Assembly: GCA_963790025.1 (NCBI GenBank)
Contig: CAWBMP010000002.1
Span: 608,001-672,000 of the forward strand
Direction: 5' to 3'
From: Nitrospirota bacterium
Lineage (GTDB): Bacteria > Nitrospirota > Thermodesulfovibrionia > Thermodesulfovibrionales > Dissulfurispiraceae
Length of the DNA: 64,000 bases
How positions within the stretch are numbered: the first letter of the stretch is position 1; each line of letters starts with the position of its first letter. Under the pieces are notes generated by a model. The model made no database searches, had not been told where the DNA came from, and was given only the letters and a program-made list of their open reading frames with translations. The translations under genes and the position numbers were made by a program. This document shows, one piece after another, positions 19,485 to 29,486 of the stretch.

Positions 19485-21032
19485 CTACTTCAAGATAGTA
19501 TGTATGAATTCGAGCAATTCATATTTCTCAACAGGTTTCTTGTTCCCGACGATCTGCACTGCCAATGCCCCGGCTGCATTGCCGATGAATGAAAAGAGTT
19601 CAACGTGCATGCCAAAAGCAAAACAGGGAGCGGCAAAAGAGAAAAAGGCGTCTCCGGCCCCGATAATATCTATTACCCTGGAAGAAAAGGCAGGCGTATG
19701 ATTTACGCCGCCTTCCCTTGTAAAACACATGGAGCCTTCGCTGCCCAGGGTTATCATCAGATATTCAGCCTGAGTGGCCAGAAGAAGCTTTTCCCCCACG
19801 TCCCGTACCTCAGCATACTTTAATTGGGTCGCAAGCCGTGCCTCGGGGTCGTCAAGGCATATAAACGATACGTTGCTGTATTTTGTGACCAGGTTATACC
19901 CCGCGTTAGCGCCATTAGTCTGGGTATTTACTGCCACCTTTTTTGCCAGTTCCCCGATAGTTTTTATTATTCTGTCCGTAATAAGTCCATGACCGAAATC
20001 GGACACCAATACGAGGTCGAATCCAGCCACTATCGACTGCAAATAATCTATTATCCGCGATTCACAATCTGACGGGACAAAACTGTCGTTTATAAAATTC
20101 ACTTCGAATAACTTTTGCCTGTTGTAGTTGTTAAGATATCTTTTCTTTATGACAGTCGGCCCGTCATCCCTGTAAAACAGTTTGGTACGGACATTGGATT
20201 TAAGGTTCTCCAGGACAAAATCTTCCCTCGAATCCTCAGTTCCCAATACGGTAAGCAGTTCAACTTCATCACACAATCCCGCTATATGATTGGCAATGGC
20301 GAATGCGCCGCCTGCGAAAATATCATGGTTCAGGTATTTGTTCACTATAAGCTGCGATTTCGGCGATTTGCCCATTGTTGCACAGTAGTGGTACTCGTCT
20401 ATAATTCCGTCACCTATTATCAGGACCTTCAATTTCCTCAGCTCGTTAAGTGTCCGGTGTATATAGTCAAAGCTGTATTTCTTTACAAAATCGGCCAGAA
20501 AAAGCCTGGTTTCGTCGGGATATAATTCCAGGAAATTATTTATTATCTGCGAGGAGCTGAACGAAAAACCTTCCGTTTCATAAATTCTCCATTTTCCGAG
20601 ATAGATCTCTTTCTCCTCGCAAAAGATCTTTTCATGGATAACCTGGTCACGTTCTATATATGCCTTGCCTTTGGCGAAAATGTCAGGGACTATCTTACTC
20701 ACACACTCAAATGGAATATTGTCCTCTACCAGGCATACATAATCCACCTGCTCCAGCGAGGCCACATTTTCCGCCCGTAATTTCTCGGGGAAAATGGGCC
20801 TTCCAGGACCTCTGCGTACGTCTTTGTCTTTAATTATCGTGACGATAAGAACGTCTCCCTGTTTTCGGGCGGAATTGAGATGCGTTATTACGCCGGGGTG
20901 GATCAGATCGAATACCCCGTGGCTTTGAACGACAATCTTCCCTGCTGATTTCAATTTTTCGACCAAGGCGACCAATTTATCCAGTACCAGGACCTTTCTG
21001 TTGCCCGGCAGTTCCCTTATAGTTTCCTGCAC
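19485..21032 (-). CDS. Bifunctional nucleotidyltransferase + PfkB kinase (HldE/RfaE-like, nucleotidyltransferase domain first)
   Basis: HGVFDLIHPG, GPGRP, GDGIIDEY, SDFGHG, DIIGAGDAF. Confidence 0.85.
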   Translation of the reverse strand: MQETIRELPGNRKVLVLDKLVALVEKLKSAGKIVVQSHGVFDLIHPGVITHLNSARKQGDVLIVTIIKDKDVRRGPGRPIFPEKLRAENVASLEQVDYVCLVEDNIPFECVSKIVPDIFAKGKAYIERDQVIHEKIFCEEKEIYLGKWRIYETEGFSFSSSQIINNFLELYPDETRLFLADFVKKYSFDYIHRTLNELRKLKVLIIGDGIIDEYHYCATMGKSPKSQLIVNKYLNHDIFAGGAFAIANHIAGLCDEVELLTVLGTEDSREDFVLENLKSNVRTKLFYRDDGPTVIKKRYLNNYNRQKLFEVNFINDSFVPSDCESRIIDYLQSIVAGFDLVLVSDFGHGLITDRIIKTIGELAKKVAVNTQTNGANAGYNLVTKYSNVSFICLDDPEARLATQLKYAEVRDVGEKLLLATQAEYLMITLGSEGSMCFTREGGVNHTPAFSSRVIDIIGAGDAFFSFAAPCFAFGMHVELFSFIGNAAGALAVQIVGNKKPVEKYELLEFIHTILK

Positions 21033-21035
21033 TGT

Positions 21036-21521
21036 TCAGCTCTCTCTTTTCGAAAAATATTTGTTCAATAAATTGGTCGACGAAAACACGACCTCATGCG
21101 TAAATCTGATCTTCGCCCCGATCTCCTGCAGGACCCTGTATTCCTTCTGGATTTTGCCTGTTTTGTCATCGAGGGTTTCGAATTCCTGGCCTTTGACGTA
21201 TATATCGGGTCTCAAAAGCCGCAAGGTCTCTTCGGCAGTCGGCCATTTATTGACGGCGACAAAATCGACACATTCCAATGCGGCTATGGATTCGGTCCTG
21301 AGCACTTCGCCGAATGCCGGCCTGCCCGGTCCCTTGTCCACATAAATGTCCGGCGTCACGGTAACGACGAGAATATCACCCATCCTCTTTGCCGCCTGAA
21401 AATATTTTATATGCCCTGGATGCATGAGATCAAAACAGCCGTGGCAGTGCACCACTGTTTTGCCTTCGGCTTTCATGCCCGCTATTATACCGGACAATTC
21501 TTCGATCTCTCTTATTTTCAT
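21036..21521 (-). CDS. Stand-alone HldE domain II-like nucleotidyltransferase
   Basis: HGCFDLMHPGH (HxGH), KGPGRP, PDIYVKG, FSST. Confidence 0.85.
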   Translation of the reverse strand: MKIREIEELSGIIAGMKAEGKTVVHCHGCFDLMHPGHIKYFQAAKRMGDILVVTVTPDIYVDKGPGRPAFGEVLRTESIAALECVDFVAVNKWPTAEETLRLLRPDIYVKGQEFETLDDKTGKIQKEYRVLQEIGAKIRFTHEVVFSSTNLLNKYFSKRES

Positions 21522-22501
21522 CGCACCTGCTCTTCGCTGACGGCTTTTGTATCAGCTTTCTGAATCTGTCCCAATGCCGTCCAAAGTTCCGGAATAGTTT
21601 CGCGGTGCCTGCCTTTTATATAAAAACTCCTGCCTCCATCCGCAACTGTCCTGACAAGCATAGTCTTCCACGGCCTGAAATAATATGCGGGGCATCCCTT
21701 GTCCGGCTCCTTGCTGAAATCTTCGGGCAGGTCATGAAGGTCGCATACGAGAGCGGTAAAATGTTTTATGGGTTTGTTCCCCTGTCTGGCAACATTTCTC
21801 GCCATGCTCAGGGCCTTAAGAAAAACTTCAGGCGCCATTACCGCGCTGCCGAAGTTCATTACCACTCCTCCTTCGAGTTTTTCCATAATCCTGGCCAGAA
21901 TCAGGAAATCACGATACGAGGTGGCGCCTGTGGCAGCGCCATTACAATTCGGATGTTCATGTATTATATCGTATCCTATTCCGACATGCACAGTGGCGGG
22001 CACTTTGAGCCTGTGCGCAGCAGCCAGGAGGCTGACTTCCTTGTGAGGGAAATCGCCCTCGGATATTGCCCTGCCTACAGACTCTCCCATACCGAGACCT
22101 GACTCATAGGCATCGTAGATGATATCGTTTATGCGTCCGGTTTCGCTCCACAGACCGAACTGTCCTTCTTTTATATAGCGTGCAACGCTCTCGGTGGTCT
22201 GGCCGATCAGCGCAAATTCGAAATCGTGGATCATGACTGACCCATTCATGGACAGGCAGGAAATGTATCCCTGTTCAAGCAGATCGATAATATATCTCTG
22301 GACACCTGACCGAACTACGTGGCCCCCTATCATCAATATTACGGATTTGCGCTTCTCTTTAGCTTCCACAATATTCCGGGCGACCTCCAGGAACCGCCCA
22401 TACGATGGGACGCCTTCAATGGAGATTATGATGTCCTTTCTGAGATCATGAAGCCTCTCTTCAAGGGGTCTTATCTGCAAGACAGACCTGTCGAAAGGCA
22501 T
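21518..22501 (-). CDS. Uncharacterised deoxyhypusine-synthase-like (DHS fold) protein
   Basis: GGHVVRSG, NGSVMIHDFE, TVHVGIGYDIIH, NFGSAVMAPEVFLKAL; clear paralog at 56227-57165; start set at MPFDRS behind AGGA. Confidence 0.6.
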   Translation of the reverse strand: MPFDRSVLQIRPLEERLHDLRKDIIISIEGVPSYGRFLEVARNIVEAKEKRKSVILMIGGHVVRSGVQRYIIDLLEQGYISCLSMNGSVMIHDFEFALIGQTTESVARYIKEGQFGLWSETGRINDIIYDAYESGLGMGESVGRAISEGDFPHKEVSLLAAAHRLKVPATVHVGIGYDIIHEHPNCNGAATGATSYRDFLILARIMEKLEGGVVMNFGSAVMAPEVFLKALSMARNVARQGNKPIKHFTALVCDLHDLPEDFSKEPDKGCPAYYFRPWKTMLVRTVADGGRSFYIKGRHRETIPELWTALGQIQKADTKAVSEEQVR

Positions 22502-22530
22502 ATCTTCCTGTGACGCTCCCGGAACAGCCA

Positions 22531-24249
22531 TTACAGGCACACCTCCGTCTGCATCGATCTGATTTGTCCGCCGCCAATGCCGTATACGGTATCGCAGCCC
22601 TGGATAGTGCTCAACCTGTGGGCGACTATCAGGAGTGTTTTATCGACCGCGATATCGTAAATTTCCTGCATTATCCTGGCTTCTGTTTCGTAGTCGAGCG
22701 CTGAAGTCGCCTCATCCAGCACCAGGACTTCCGGATCGCCGTATAGCGCTCGTGCAATGCCTATTCTCTGCTTCTGGCCCTCGCTCAGCTTCACTCCCCC
22801 TTCTCCCACCTTAGTTTCCAATCCCTCTTTCGATGCGAGGAAATCGTATATATTGGCTTTCCGGAGTACTTCCACGATTTTGTGTTCATCGTAATCCCTT
22901 CCAAAAACCACGTTCTGGGCGACAGTATCTTCAAAGAGGTAGATCGATTGCGGAATATAGCCTATCTTTCTCTGCCAGTCTCTGATGTTGGCATCGGATA
23001 ACACCGTGTCATCAATGCGAATTTCGCCGCGCGAAGGCCTGTATACGCCCATAATCAGATCCAGAAGGGTCGATTTCCCGCTGCCGCTTTCCCCTATAAA
23101 AGCCATCCTCGCGCCCTTGGGAATTGTCACATTCAGGTCGGTCAGGACATTCTGCTTCTCGTCGCTGTATGAGAAGGCCGCATTTATAATCCCGATGCTT
23201 TTTTGAAAGTCTATCTTCAGGTCCTGCCCCCTGTCCGGTTTATGAAGGAGGTCTTCATGGATGACTTCCAGCGCCCTGGAAGTAAACAGGATATTATTGT
23301 AGCTGGACATCATCCGGCTTACGGAAGGCAGCATCCTGACAAGGGCCAGGACATATATGGTGATAAGCGGAATGAGCGCCACAATACTTCCCTGTTTATA
23401 AATTATATAAATCATGGCCGCGACTATTATGGAGAAACCGGTCATTTCCAGGACGCACCTTGGGACAGCGACGAGAGTTGAACTCAGAGTATTTGCCTCC
23501 GAATAACCGAGGCAAGCCTCCCTGAAGCTGTCAAATATATTCTTCTCATTGGACAATAATTTGATTACCTTGAAATTTCTGAATGCCTCATTCACTATCT
23601 TGAACAACCTGGTCTGATATTCATATCTGTTGTCACCGTATTTTTTCATGACTTTTGCGGTAGCCCGCGTCAGAAGACAGACTTTGGCAGCCAAGACCAA
23701 TGTGAGTGCCAGGGTCACCTTGAAATTCACAAATAATAAGAACGCGTAGATAAAACAAAAAGTGAAAACTTCCGAAAGAAAGAACAGGGAATGCTGTACA
23801 AGACCCGAGAGAGTCACGGTTTCACTGGTTACCTTCTCAGTAAGCGCAGACAAGTGTTTGCTGATAAAGTCGCGGTACGGCAGCGCAATATAATTGCTGA
23901 AAAGCCTCAATCCCAAATGCTGGAAGCGCACATAGGTATATTTGTTCAGAAGATAAGTGAAATAAAGATTCAGCACCGCCCTGAACAGATAAAACAGTAT
24001 AAGAGCTATGCCGAAGACCGTAATAAACTCGATATTACTCCTGAAACCTGTAAACTGGTAGATCGCACTATAATATTTGTTGCGTTCTATAAGTCCCGGA
24101 TCCGATGCCACGGAGATAAACGGCATGATCGCGGACACTCCAATCGTCTCTACCACGGACAGGAAAACAGACAGGAAAAGCAATACGACGATACCATGCT
24201 TCGCTTCTCCGCTTAATACCATATTCAGTTTTCTTAAATATGTGATCAT
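22531..24249 (-). CDS. ABC exporter, fused permease/ATPase (PglK/WlaB-like glycan flippase)
   Basis: N-terminal TM helices, Walker A GESGSGKS, signature LSEGQKQR, Walker B LVLDEATSALD, AHRLST. Confidence 0.85.
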   Translation of the reverse strand: MITYLRKLNMVLSGEAKHGIVVLLFLSVFLSVVETIGVSAIMPFISVASDPGLIERNKYYSAIYQFTGFRSNIEFITVFGIALILFYLFRAVLNLYFTYLLNKYTYVRFQHLGLRLFSNYIALPYRDFISKHLSALTEKVTSETVTLSGLVQHSLFFLSEVFTFCFIYAFLLFVNFKVTLALTLVLAAKVCLLTRATAKVMKKYGDNRYEYQTRLFKIVNEAFRNFKVIKLLSNEKNIFDSFREACLGYSEANTLSSTLVAVPRCVLEMTGFSIIVAAMIYIIYKQGSIVALIPLITIYVLALVRMLPSVSRMMSSYNNILFTSRALEVIHEDLLHKPDRGQDLKIDFQKSIGIINAAFSYSDEKQNVLTDLNVTIPKGARMAFIGESGSGKSTLLDLIMGVYRPSRGEIRIDDTVLSDANIRDWQRKIGYIPQSIYLFEDTVAQNVVFGRDYDEHKIVEVLRKANIYDFLASKEGLETKVGEGGVKLSEGQKQRIGIARALYGDPEVLVLDEATSALDYETEARIMQEIYDIAVDKTLLIVAHRLSTIQGCDTVYGIGGGQIRSMQTEVCL

Positions 24250-24265
24250 ACTAACTCGATATCGG

Positions 24266-26002
24266 CTATCGGCTGAATGCGGCAATCCACTCGTTTCTCC
24301 AATCCGGTGAGGTCAGGCAAAACCTGTTCATAAACTCCCGTCGTGCATTTTGGCGGTCGGGATGAGACCACCAACTCTCGACATCCATCCATACTTCATT
24401 GACTTTCTCCGCGGCACAACGCGCATTAGCATGCAAAATGCCCGCATCCTTCAATAATTTCAAATAATCGTCGGCACCGGGTCTCATTAAATAAACACTG
24501 TAGTCCCAGTAAAAAATACTTGGAACGTTAATAGCCAACGCCTCGAGAAAGGACGTATGCGGATGATCGATAACTGCCAACTGCACTTTTTGCAGCCATT
24601 TGAATAAAGCTTTTTCTTTTACAAGGCTTACGCCGGGACATATTTTTCTGATCAGTTTCTCCTCTTCCCACAAGTCGGCCATAGGATAAGGCCGGTACAG
24701 CACGTTTTCCTTTACTTTGTCTGCAGTCGTTTCAAAAAAAATGGTTTTTTCTTCGAAATAACATTTCATATCATCGGGCTGAATATGGGTTGAGAACCTG
24801 TGATGATAAATAGGCCTTCCAGTGCCGACAAAAAGGACCTTATTGAGTTTGGGGCAGTGGGAATCCTTCAACCTGGAAAGATGCGGACTGGGAAGAGGCT
24901 TTGTATTATTGCTTTGGCCGGTCCACCCCCATGTATAAAAAATATCTTTTTCCAAAGAAATTATTTCCGATGGGGTCGACAGAAATAATCCATAACCGCC
25001 TCCGTGCTGAAAATCTGCAAGTCTGACATCTCTTGACACAGCCTCTGCTGCAAGATATTTAAACTCCTCATTGAAATACCATCCGGTCGCAGACCCCATG
25101 ACAGCTAAGGGACCAATTTGTGGAAATCTCTTTGAAGTATTCTCTTTATATGCTTCATACCCTTCAATATTGCAAACAGGTAAGGCGTCGGGGATTATCT
25201 TGTAAAGCAGCGTCTGGAAATCATCTGACGCATTATCCAAACGGATGGATTGCCGAAGGGCCTGCGAATAATCGTCGACCTTTTTTTTGTCGATCGGCAT
25301 TAACTCGAAAAACCCGATACCGGCCAATCTCCTGTTCATTTTGAGCCTGATCTTGTCCAATGTAGTCAAATGATACATATCTGAAAGCACTGTCGTGCCT
25401 CCGGCCAAAAAATGATTCAGAAAATAATTTAAAATTCTCCTCTTCCATGGATACTTTCTTTGATAGCCTTTCAAGTCGACCGGACATCGTGTTTCAGTTA
25501 TCTTTTCCGGGCATAAATCATACGCGATCAAACTGAATAATTTAAGGTTGTAAAGGTCGTCGTGTATCTTATTATTGATAAAATTCGAGGTATCGCAGGA
25601 CACGGGCCTGCATTCCTCATACGGAAGCACATGGGTGACTAAATCCGGGTATAATTCAAGAGCATTTTCCATTCGCCTGTATCTCTCATAAAATACCCCT
25701 ATGAAATGCAGAAGCCATGGACCCAGGAGAACGCGCCAATATTTAACAGGAAAAGATACTTTATGGATACAATTCAACTTTTCCGCCAATTGAGGAAGCA
25801 TTTTTTCATAAATATGCTGACAGTAATCTGATGACGCTTTTATCTTTTCCGCCGGCTTGAATGGGGAGGAAATACGAATGTATTTTTTGTCCTTTAAAAT
25901 ATTCCTGTTTTTTGCATTCAAACACCAGGGGCCGAGAAGCAAAAGCTCCGACTCAAAATTCCAGATTTCCGAAATTCCTGTGGTAGCCAGATAATAACTC
26001 AT
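24266..26002 (-). CDS. Putative glycan transferase, LIC12162/TIGR04331-like family
   Basis: LLGPWC, YWRVLLGPWL, QHGGGYG, YTWGW, TSFLEAL, SWW pattern as recalled for this family. Confidence 0.65.
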   Translation of the reverse strand: MSYYLATTGISEIWNFESELLLLGPWCLNAKNRNILKDKKYIRISSPFKPAEKIKASSDYCQHIYEKMLPQLAEKLNCIHKVSFPVKYWRVLLGPWLLHFIGVFYERYRRMENALELYPDLVTHVLPYEECRPVSCDTSNFINNKIHDDLYNLKLFSLIAYDLCPEKITETRCPVDLKGYQRKYPWKRRILNYFLNHFLAGGTTVLSDMYHLTTLDKIRLKMNRRLAGIGFFELMPIDKKKVDDYSQALRQSIRLDNASDDFQTLLYKIIPDALPVCNIEGYEAYKENTSKRFPQIGPLAVMGSATGWYFNEEFKYLAAEAVSRDVRLADFQHGGGYGLFLSTPSEIISLEKDIFYTWGWTGQSNNTKPLPSPHLSRLKDSHCPKLNKVLFVGTGRPIYHHRFSTHIQPDDMKCYFEEKTIFFETTADKVKENVLYRPYPMADLWEEEKLIRKICPGVSLVKEKALFKWLQKVQLAVIDHPHTSFLEALAINVPSIFYWDYSVYLMRPGADDYLKLLKDAGILHANARCAAEKVNEVWMDVESWWSHPDRQNARREFMNRFCLTSPDWRNEWIAAFSR

Positions 26003-26056
26003 GGGACCATGCTTTTCAGTTTTGCGCCCGATCAGACCAATACTGCGAGTGCAACA

Positions 26057-26902
26057 TCAGTAATAACCATAACACTTGTATTTAAAATAGTCTTTCAATT
26101 TGTTTTCGAGTTCCTTGCTCATCAACTCATTATCGGTGTCCTGCTCTATATCGAGCACCTTAACTTTGCCGGCAACTGACGGAAAATAATTCGTCAAATA
26201 GGAAAAAAAGCTGCTTGCCCTTTTTTCTCCTAAACAGTTTTCCTTAATGCTCTCATTTATTCTTGTCGATAGCGCGTTTTTAATATACTGCAAATCAAAA
26301 TCCACTCCCAGGAAGCCGGACAACTGCCCAAAAAACTTATCTGTATCACTGAGCATATCTTCGTACCTGAGGATACAAACGTTGTTTTCTCCAAAAAGTT
26401 CCATGTATGTTTCAACAGTCTCACTGAAAAACAGATCGGGAAGATAAGCGGGTTTCCTTTTGTATAAGACAAAAGGAGTTCTAGTCCAATCCAGGTAATC
26501 CTCCAGATCCAGTGTAAAAAGTCCTTCCTGCACATTGTTCTTATAGAATGATTTTAAAATAGCGATCGGATCACGCAGAATAATGAGGATCCTTGCGTCC
26601 CTGCAAATTTCTCTTATCCTGGCCGCCTGGTTGAATGACACCCCCCCGAATCTTGTAAAAGCCTCTGATGATAAAAGATTCATCTTGTCGGGACTGGACA
26701 TTGACTCCACAATATTCCGGATATTATCTTTTTCCTTATTGAATGCATAATCATCCAGATAATGCCACTCGATCAGCCATTTCGGATAATCCTGCTCAGT
26801 TTTACCCAAATAATTTATATTTTTATTCCTGTTAAAAATGAGATTTTGCAACCAGGTTGTGGCTGTTTTACCAAAACCAATGTGGATGTAATATTGTGTC
26901 AT
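26057..26902 (-). CDS. PAPS-dependent sulfotransferase
   Basis: HIGFGKTATTWLQ (5'-PSB loop), SSEAF, ILRDP...S (3'-PB), LRYED; adjacent to cysC. Confidence 0.8.
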   Translation of the reverse strand: MTQYYIHIGFGKTATTWLQNLIFNRNKNINYLGKTEQDYPKWLIEWHYLDDYAFNKEKDNIRNIVESMSSPDKMNLLSSEAFTRFGGVSFNQAARIREICRDARILIILRDPIAILKSFYKNNVQEGLFTLDLEDYLDWTRTPFVLYKRKPAYLPDLFFSETVETYMELFGENNVCILRYEDMLSDTDKFFGQLSGFLGVDFDLQYIKNALSTRINESIKENCLGEKRASSFFSYLTNYFPSVAGKVKVLDIEQDTDNELMSKELENKLKDYFKYKCYGYY

Positions 26903-27507
26903 CTATTCCCTTTTGAAATAAGATTCCTATCGATCAGCAAGCCCAAAACTTTGTCTACACATTCTTCAACCTGCATTTTTTCCGTGTCTAAAACCAAATC
27001 GGGATTTTCAGGCTCTTCATAAGGAGCCGACACCCCGGTGAATTCTTTCAGTTCTCCTTTCCTTGCCATAAGATAATGTCCTTTCAAGTCCCTTAATTCA
27101 CACGCTCCAGCACTGCATTTGCAATAAATCTCTATAAAATCTCCGGGCGGCACTAAGGCACTGATCCTCTGACGATCAGCGCGAAACGGGGAAATAAATG
27201 CTGTAAGGGCAATTACTCCTGCCTCGATAAAAAGCTTGACCATCTCTCCTATTCTTCTGATATTTTCTCCACGGTCTTCTCTTGAAAAACCCAGATCAGA
27301 ACACAAGCCGTGCCGCACATTGTCTCCGTCGAATACAAATGTACGGCATTTCATCTCATGCAGTTTTTCTTCAAGGGTATGAGCAATGGTCGATTTCCCG
27401 GAACTTGGCAGGCCGGTAAACCACAATACAACAGCCTTGTGTCCATTCTGCAACTCCCTCCTCTGCCTCGTGACTGTTGCATTGTGCTGAATCAAATTCT
27501 TGTTCAT
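26899..27507 (-). CDS. cysC: Adenylyl-sulfate kinase
   Basis: WFTGLPSSGKST, DGDNVRHGL, ENIRR, FISP, FTGVSAPYEEP; start set at MNKNL. Confidence 0.95.
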   Translation of the reverse strand: MNKNLIQHNATVTRQRRELQNGHKAVVLWFTGLPSSGKSTIAHTLEEKLHEMKCRTFVFDGDNVRHGLCSDLGFSREDRGENIRRIGEMVKLFIEAGVIALTAFISPFRADRQRISALVPPGDFIEIYCKCSAGACELRDLKGHYLMARKGELKEFTGVSAPYEEPENPDLVLDTEKMQVEECVDKVLGLLIDRNLISKGNR

Positions 27508-27595
27508 ACCAGGCATAAATGTTGAAACCGTAGTTACCGCGGCCAATACATGCTTAAATCGAAAAACCTGTATATTTCGATGGGTCACAAAGCAT

Positions 27596-28603
27596 TCAAG
27601 ACCTCTTAATTTGATTAACCATATCCAGAGTATTATCAGCAATACGCTTAATTCCCATTCCGTCGATCAGTCTCTTGCCCGTTAGTGACTGTCTCTCGCG
27701 GACAGCACTGTCAAAAAAACCATTTACCAACGCACTGAATTTCGCAGTGTCCAGTCTTGTATTAAAGTGGACCACCTTCCCAAACCCTGACTCTTCGAGC
27801 CTGAAAGCAGTCTCTTCTTCAAACAGCTCGCCGCAGACCACTACAGCAGGAGTCCCGCAGCAGGCAAGCTCAAACAGGGTATTGCCGCCAGCGCAGACCG
27901 CCAAATCCGCCCATTGCATCCATTTGCACATAGCTTCCGTGTCCAGAGAGCGAAGAATGTTGAACTTCCCGCTTTTGCTTGACAAGACAGCATTCAATTC
28001 TTTGTCATGCTTAAAGGCAGGCCCTATTATCACTGCTATTTCAATCTCAGACTGGTATCCGGACAGGGAATCCAGTATCTGAGGGGTAAGACCATACGTG
28101 TCGCTGCCTCCAAGTGTAACAAGGATGCGGCCTATGGTTTCTCTTATTGCCTTGGACTCTTCGTGCGCAGCCTGAACAAGCGGATGGAGGGGTATATACC
28201 CAGGGTCACAGTAAGCACATTCGTCGTAATATAAAGGGTTTATCCTCAGGTCTGCAAGTCTTCTTGACGCCTCTCCCGTATCGTCTATTGTGACAAGACA
28301 CCTGCAGTGGCCCCTGATTATAGAAAGCTGTTCAAACGGGGTGTTAAGCTGATTAACTATGACTATATCAAATTGCCCTTTGTCCCAGGCGCTGTGCTCG
28401 GAGCCATGCGCAATGCCCTTCGTGGGAAAACCTGCTTTTTGCACTGCGCTTAGTGCTTCTTGATCATTGTCAACAATAAAACTCGGAGATAGCCCCCTTC
28501 TCCTCATCTCCTCTGCAATAGCTATGGAGCCTGTGACATCCCCCATACCCTGTTTATGGTTGCCTTTTGTCCTGAAGCAGATTGATTCCGGGCTACCTGC
28601 CAT
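27596..28603 (-). CDS. PseG/SpsG-like NDP-sugar hydrolase (GT-B fold)
   Basis: GMGDV, IDD, LVTLGGSD, ADLAVCAGGNTLFELACCGTP, IDGMG. Confidence 0.75.
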   Translation of the reverse strand: MAGSPESICFRTKGNHKQGMGDVTGSIAIAEEMRRRGLSPSFIVDNDQEALSAVQKAGFPTKGIAHGSEHSAWDKGQFDIVIVNQLNTPFEQLSIIRGHCRCLVTIDDTGEASRRLADLRINPLYYDECAYCDPGYIPLHPLVQAAHEESKAIRETIGRILVTLGGSDTYGLTPQILDSLSGYQSEIEIAVIIGPAFKHDKELNAVLSSKSGKFNILRSLDTEAMCKWMQWADLAVCAGGNTLFELACCGTPAVVVCGELFEEETAFRLEESGFGKVVHFNTRLDTAKFSALVNGFFDSAVRERQSLTGKRLIDGMGIKRIADNTLDMVNQIKRS

Positions 28604-29471
28604 CAGTGAATCTCTCTCTAAGAAAACTCTTGAGTATTATCTCACCATCCGTTCTTTCCCATTTCCAATACCCGAACATCGACTCAACTTCTCTTATCTG
28701 TCTCACCATTTCTCCCAGCTCGGACGGTTCCAGCGAAAGCACATGGTCAGTACCCATATACTCTTTCCCCTGCTCGAAATGTTCGATGGGAGTCTTTCTG
28801 TCAAGCGTTATATGTTTTTCTATCACCCTTGCCCCTGCAGCTACAGCAGCAACCGGCGCCAGCAAACCGTCAGTGTGATCAGAATAACCGATCTTAAGAT
28901 GGGGATATAGTGCCATGAGCATCTTCATCATATTCAGGCGTACGTCGAATGTCGACAAGGCCCTAAGCCCCCTCTCCTCCAGCAAAGGGCCTGTTGGATA
29001 TTCAGAAATACAGTGCATAAGACAGAGGTTTCGAACTCCGCAAAGGGCACCCACAGCCTCATTCACTTCATCCAGAGATGCCATACCTGTTGACATAAAG
29101 ACAGTCTCAAAACGGTCTTTGACAAACTGCACAAGCTCCTTGTCGGCCATCGTGCTGCTCGCAATCTTAATTGACTTTAATCCCGCATCCGAAAGCCATT
29201 TTGCTGTTTTTACATTTTCAGGTGTGAAAAGAATATCAATATCTGCTTTTCCGGCATATCTTATCAGGAGGTCTATTTTGTCAGGGTTAAGCGCCACTTT
29301 TCTGAACCAGTCTCTTTCAGGATCATCATCGGAAATATTCTCATGATCAAGAGTCTGGAACTTCACTATGTCACAACCGGCCCCTTTTGCTTCCGATATT
29401 AACCTCTTGGCCGTTTCTAAATCTCCGTTGAAGCATTCACCTATTTCAGCAATAATAATTACTCTATCCAT
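28593..29471 (-). CDS. NeuB/PseI/SpsE-family ulosonate synthase lacking C-terminal SAF domain
   Basis: IIAEIG, VKFQ, KIAS, STGM, HCISEYP, GYSDHT, IEKHITLD, DH..SLEP; only 292 aa. Confidence 0.88.
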   Translation of the reverse strand: MDRVIIIAEIGECFNGDLETAKRLISEAKGAGCDIVKFQTLDHENISDDDPERDWFRKVALNPDKIDLLIRYAGKADIDILFTPENVKTAKWLSDAGLKSIKIASSTMADKELVQFVKDRFETVFMSTGMASLDEVNEAVGALCGVRNLCLMHCISEYPTGPLLEERGLRALSTFDVRLNMMKMLMALYPHLKIGYSDHTDGLLAPVAAVAAGARVIEKHITLDRKTPIEHFEQGKEYMGTDHVLSLEPSELGEMVRQIREVESMFGYWKWERTDGEIILKSFLRERFTDGR

Positions 29472-29486
29472 AACTTATTCATCCCT

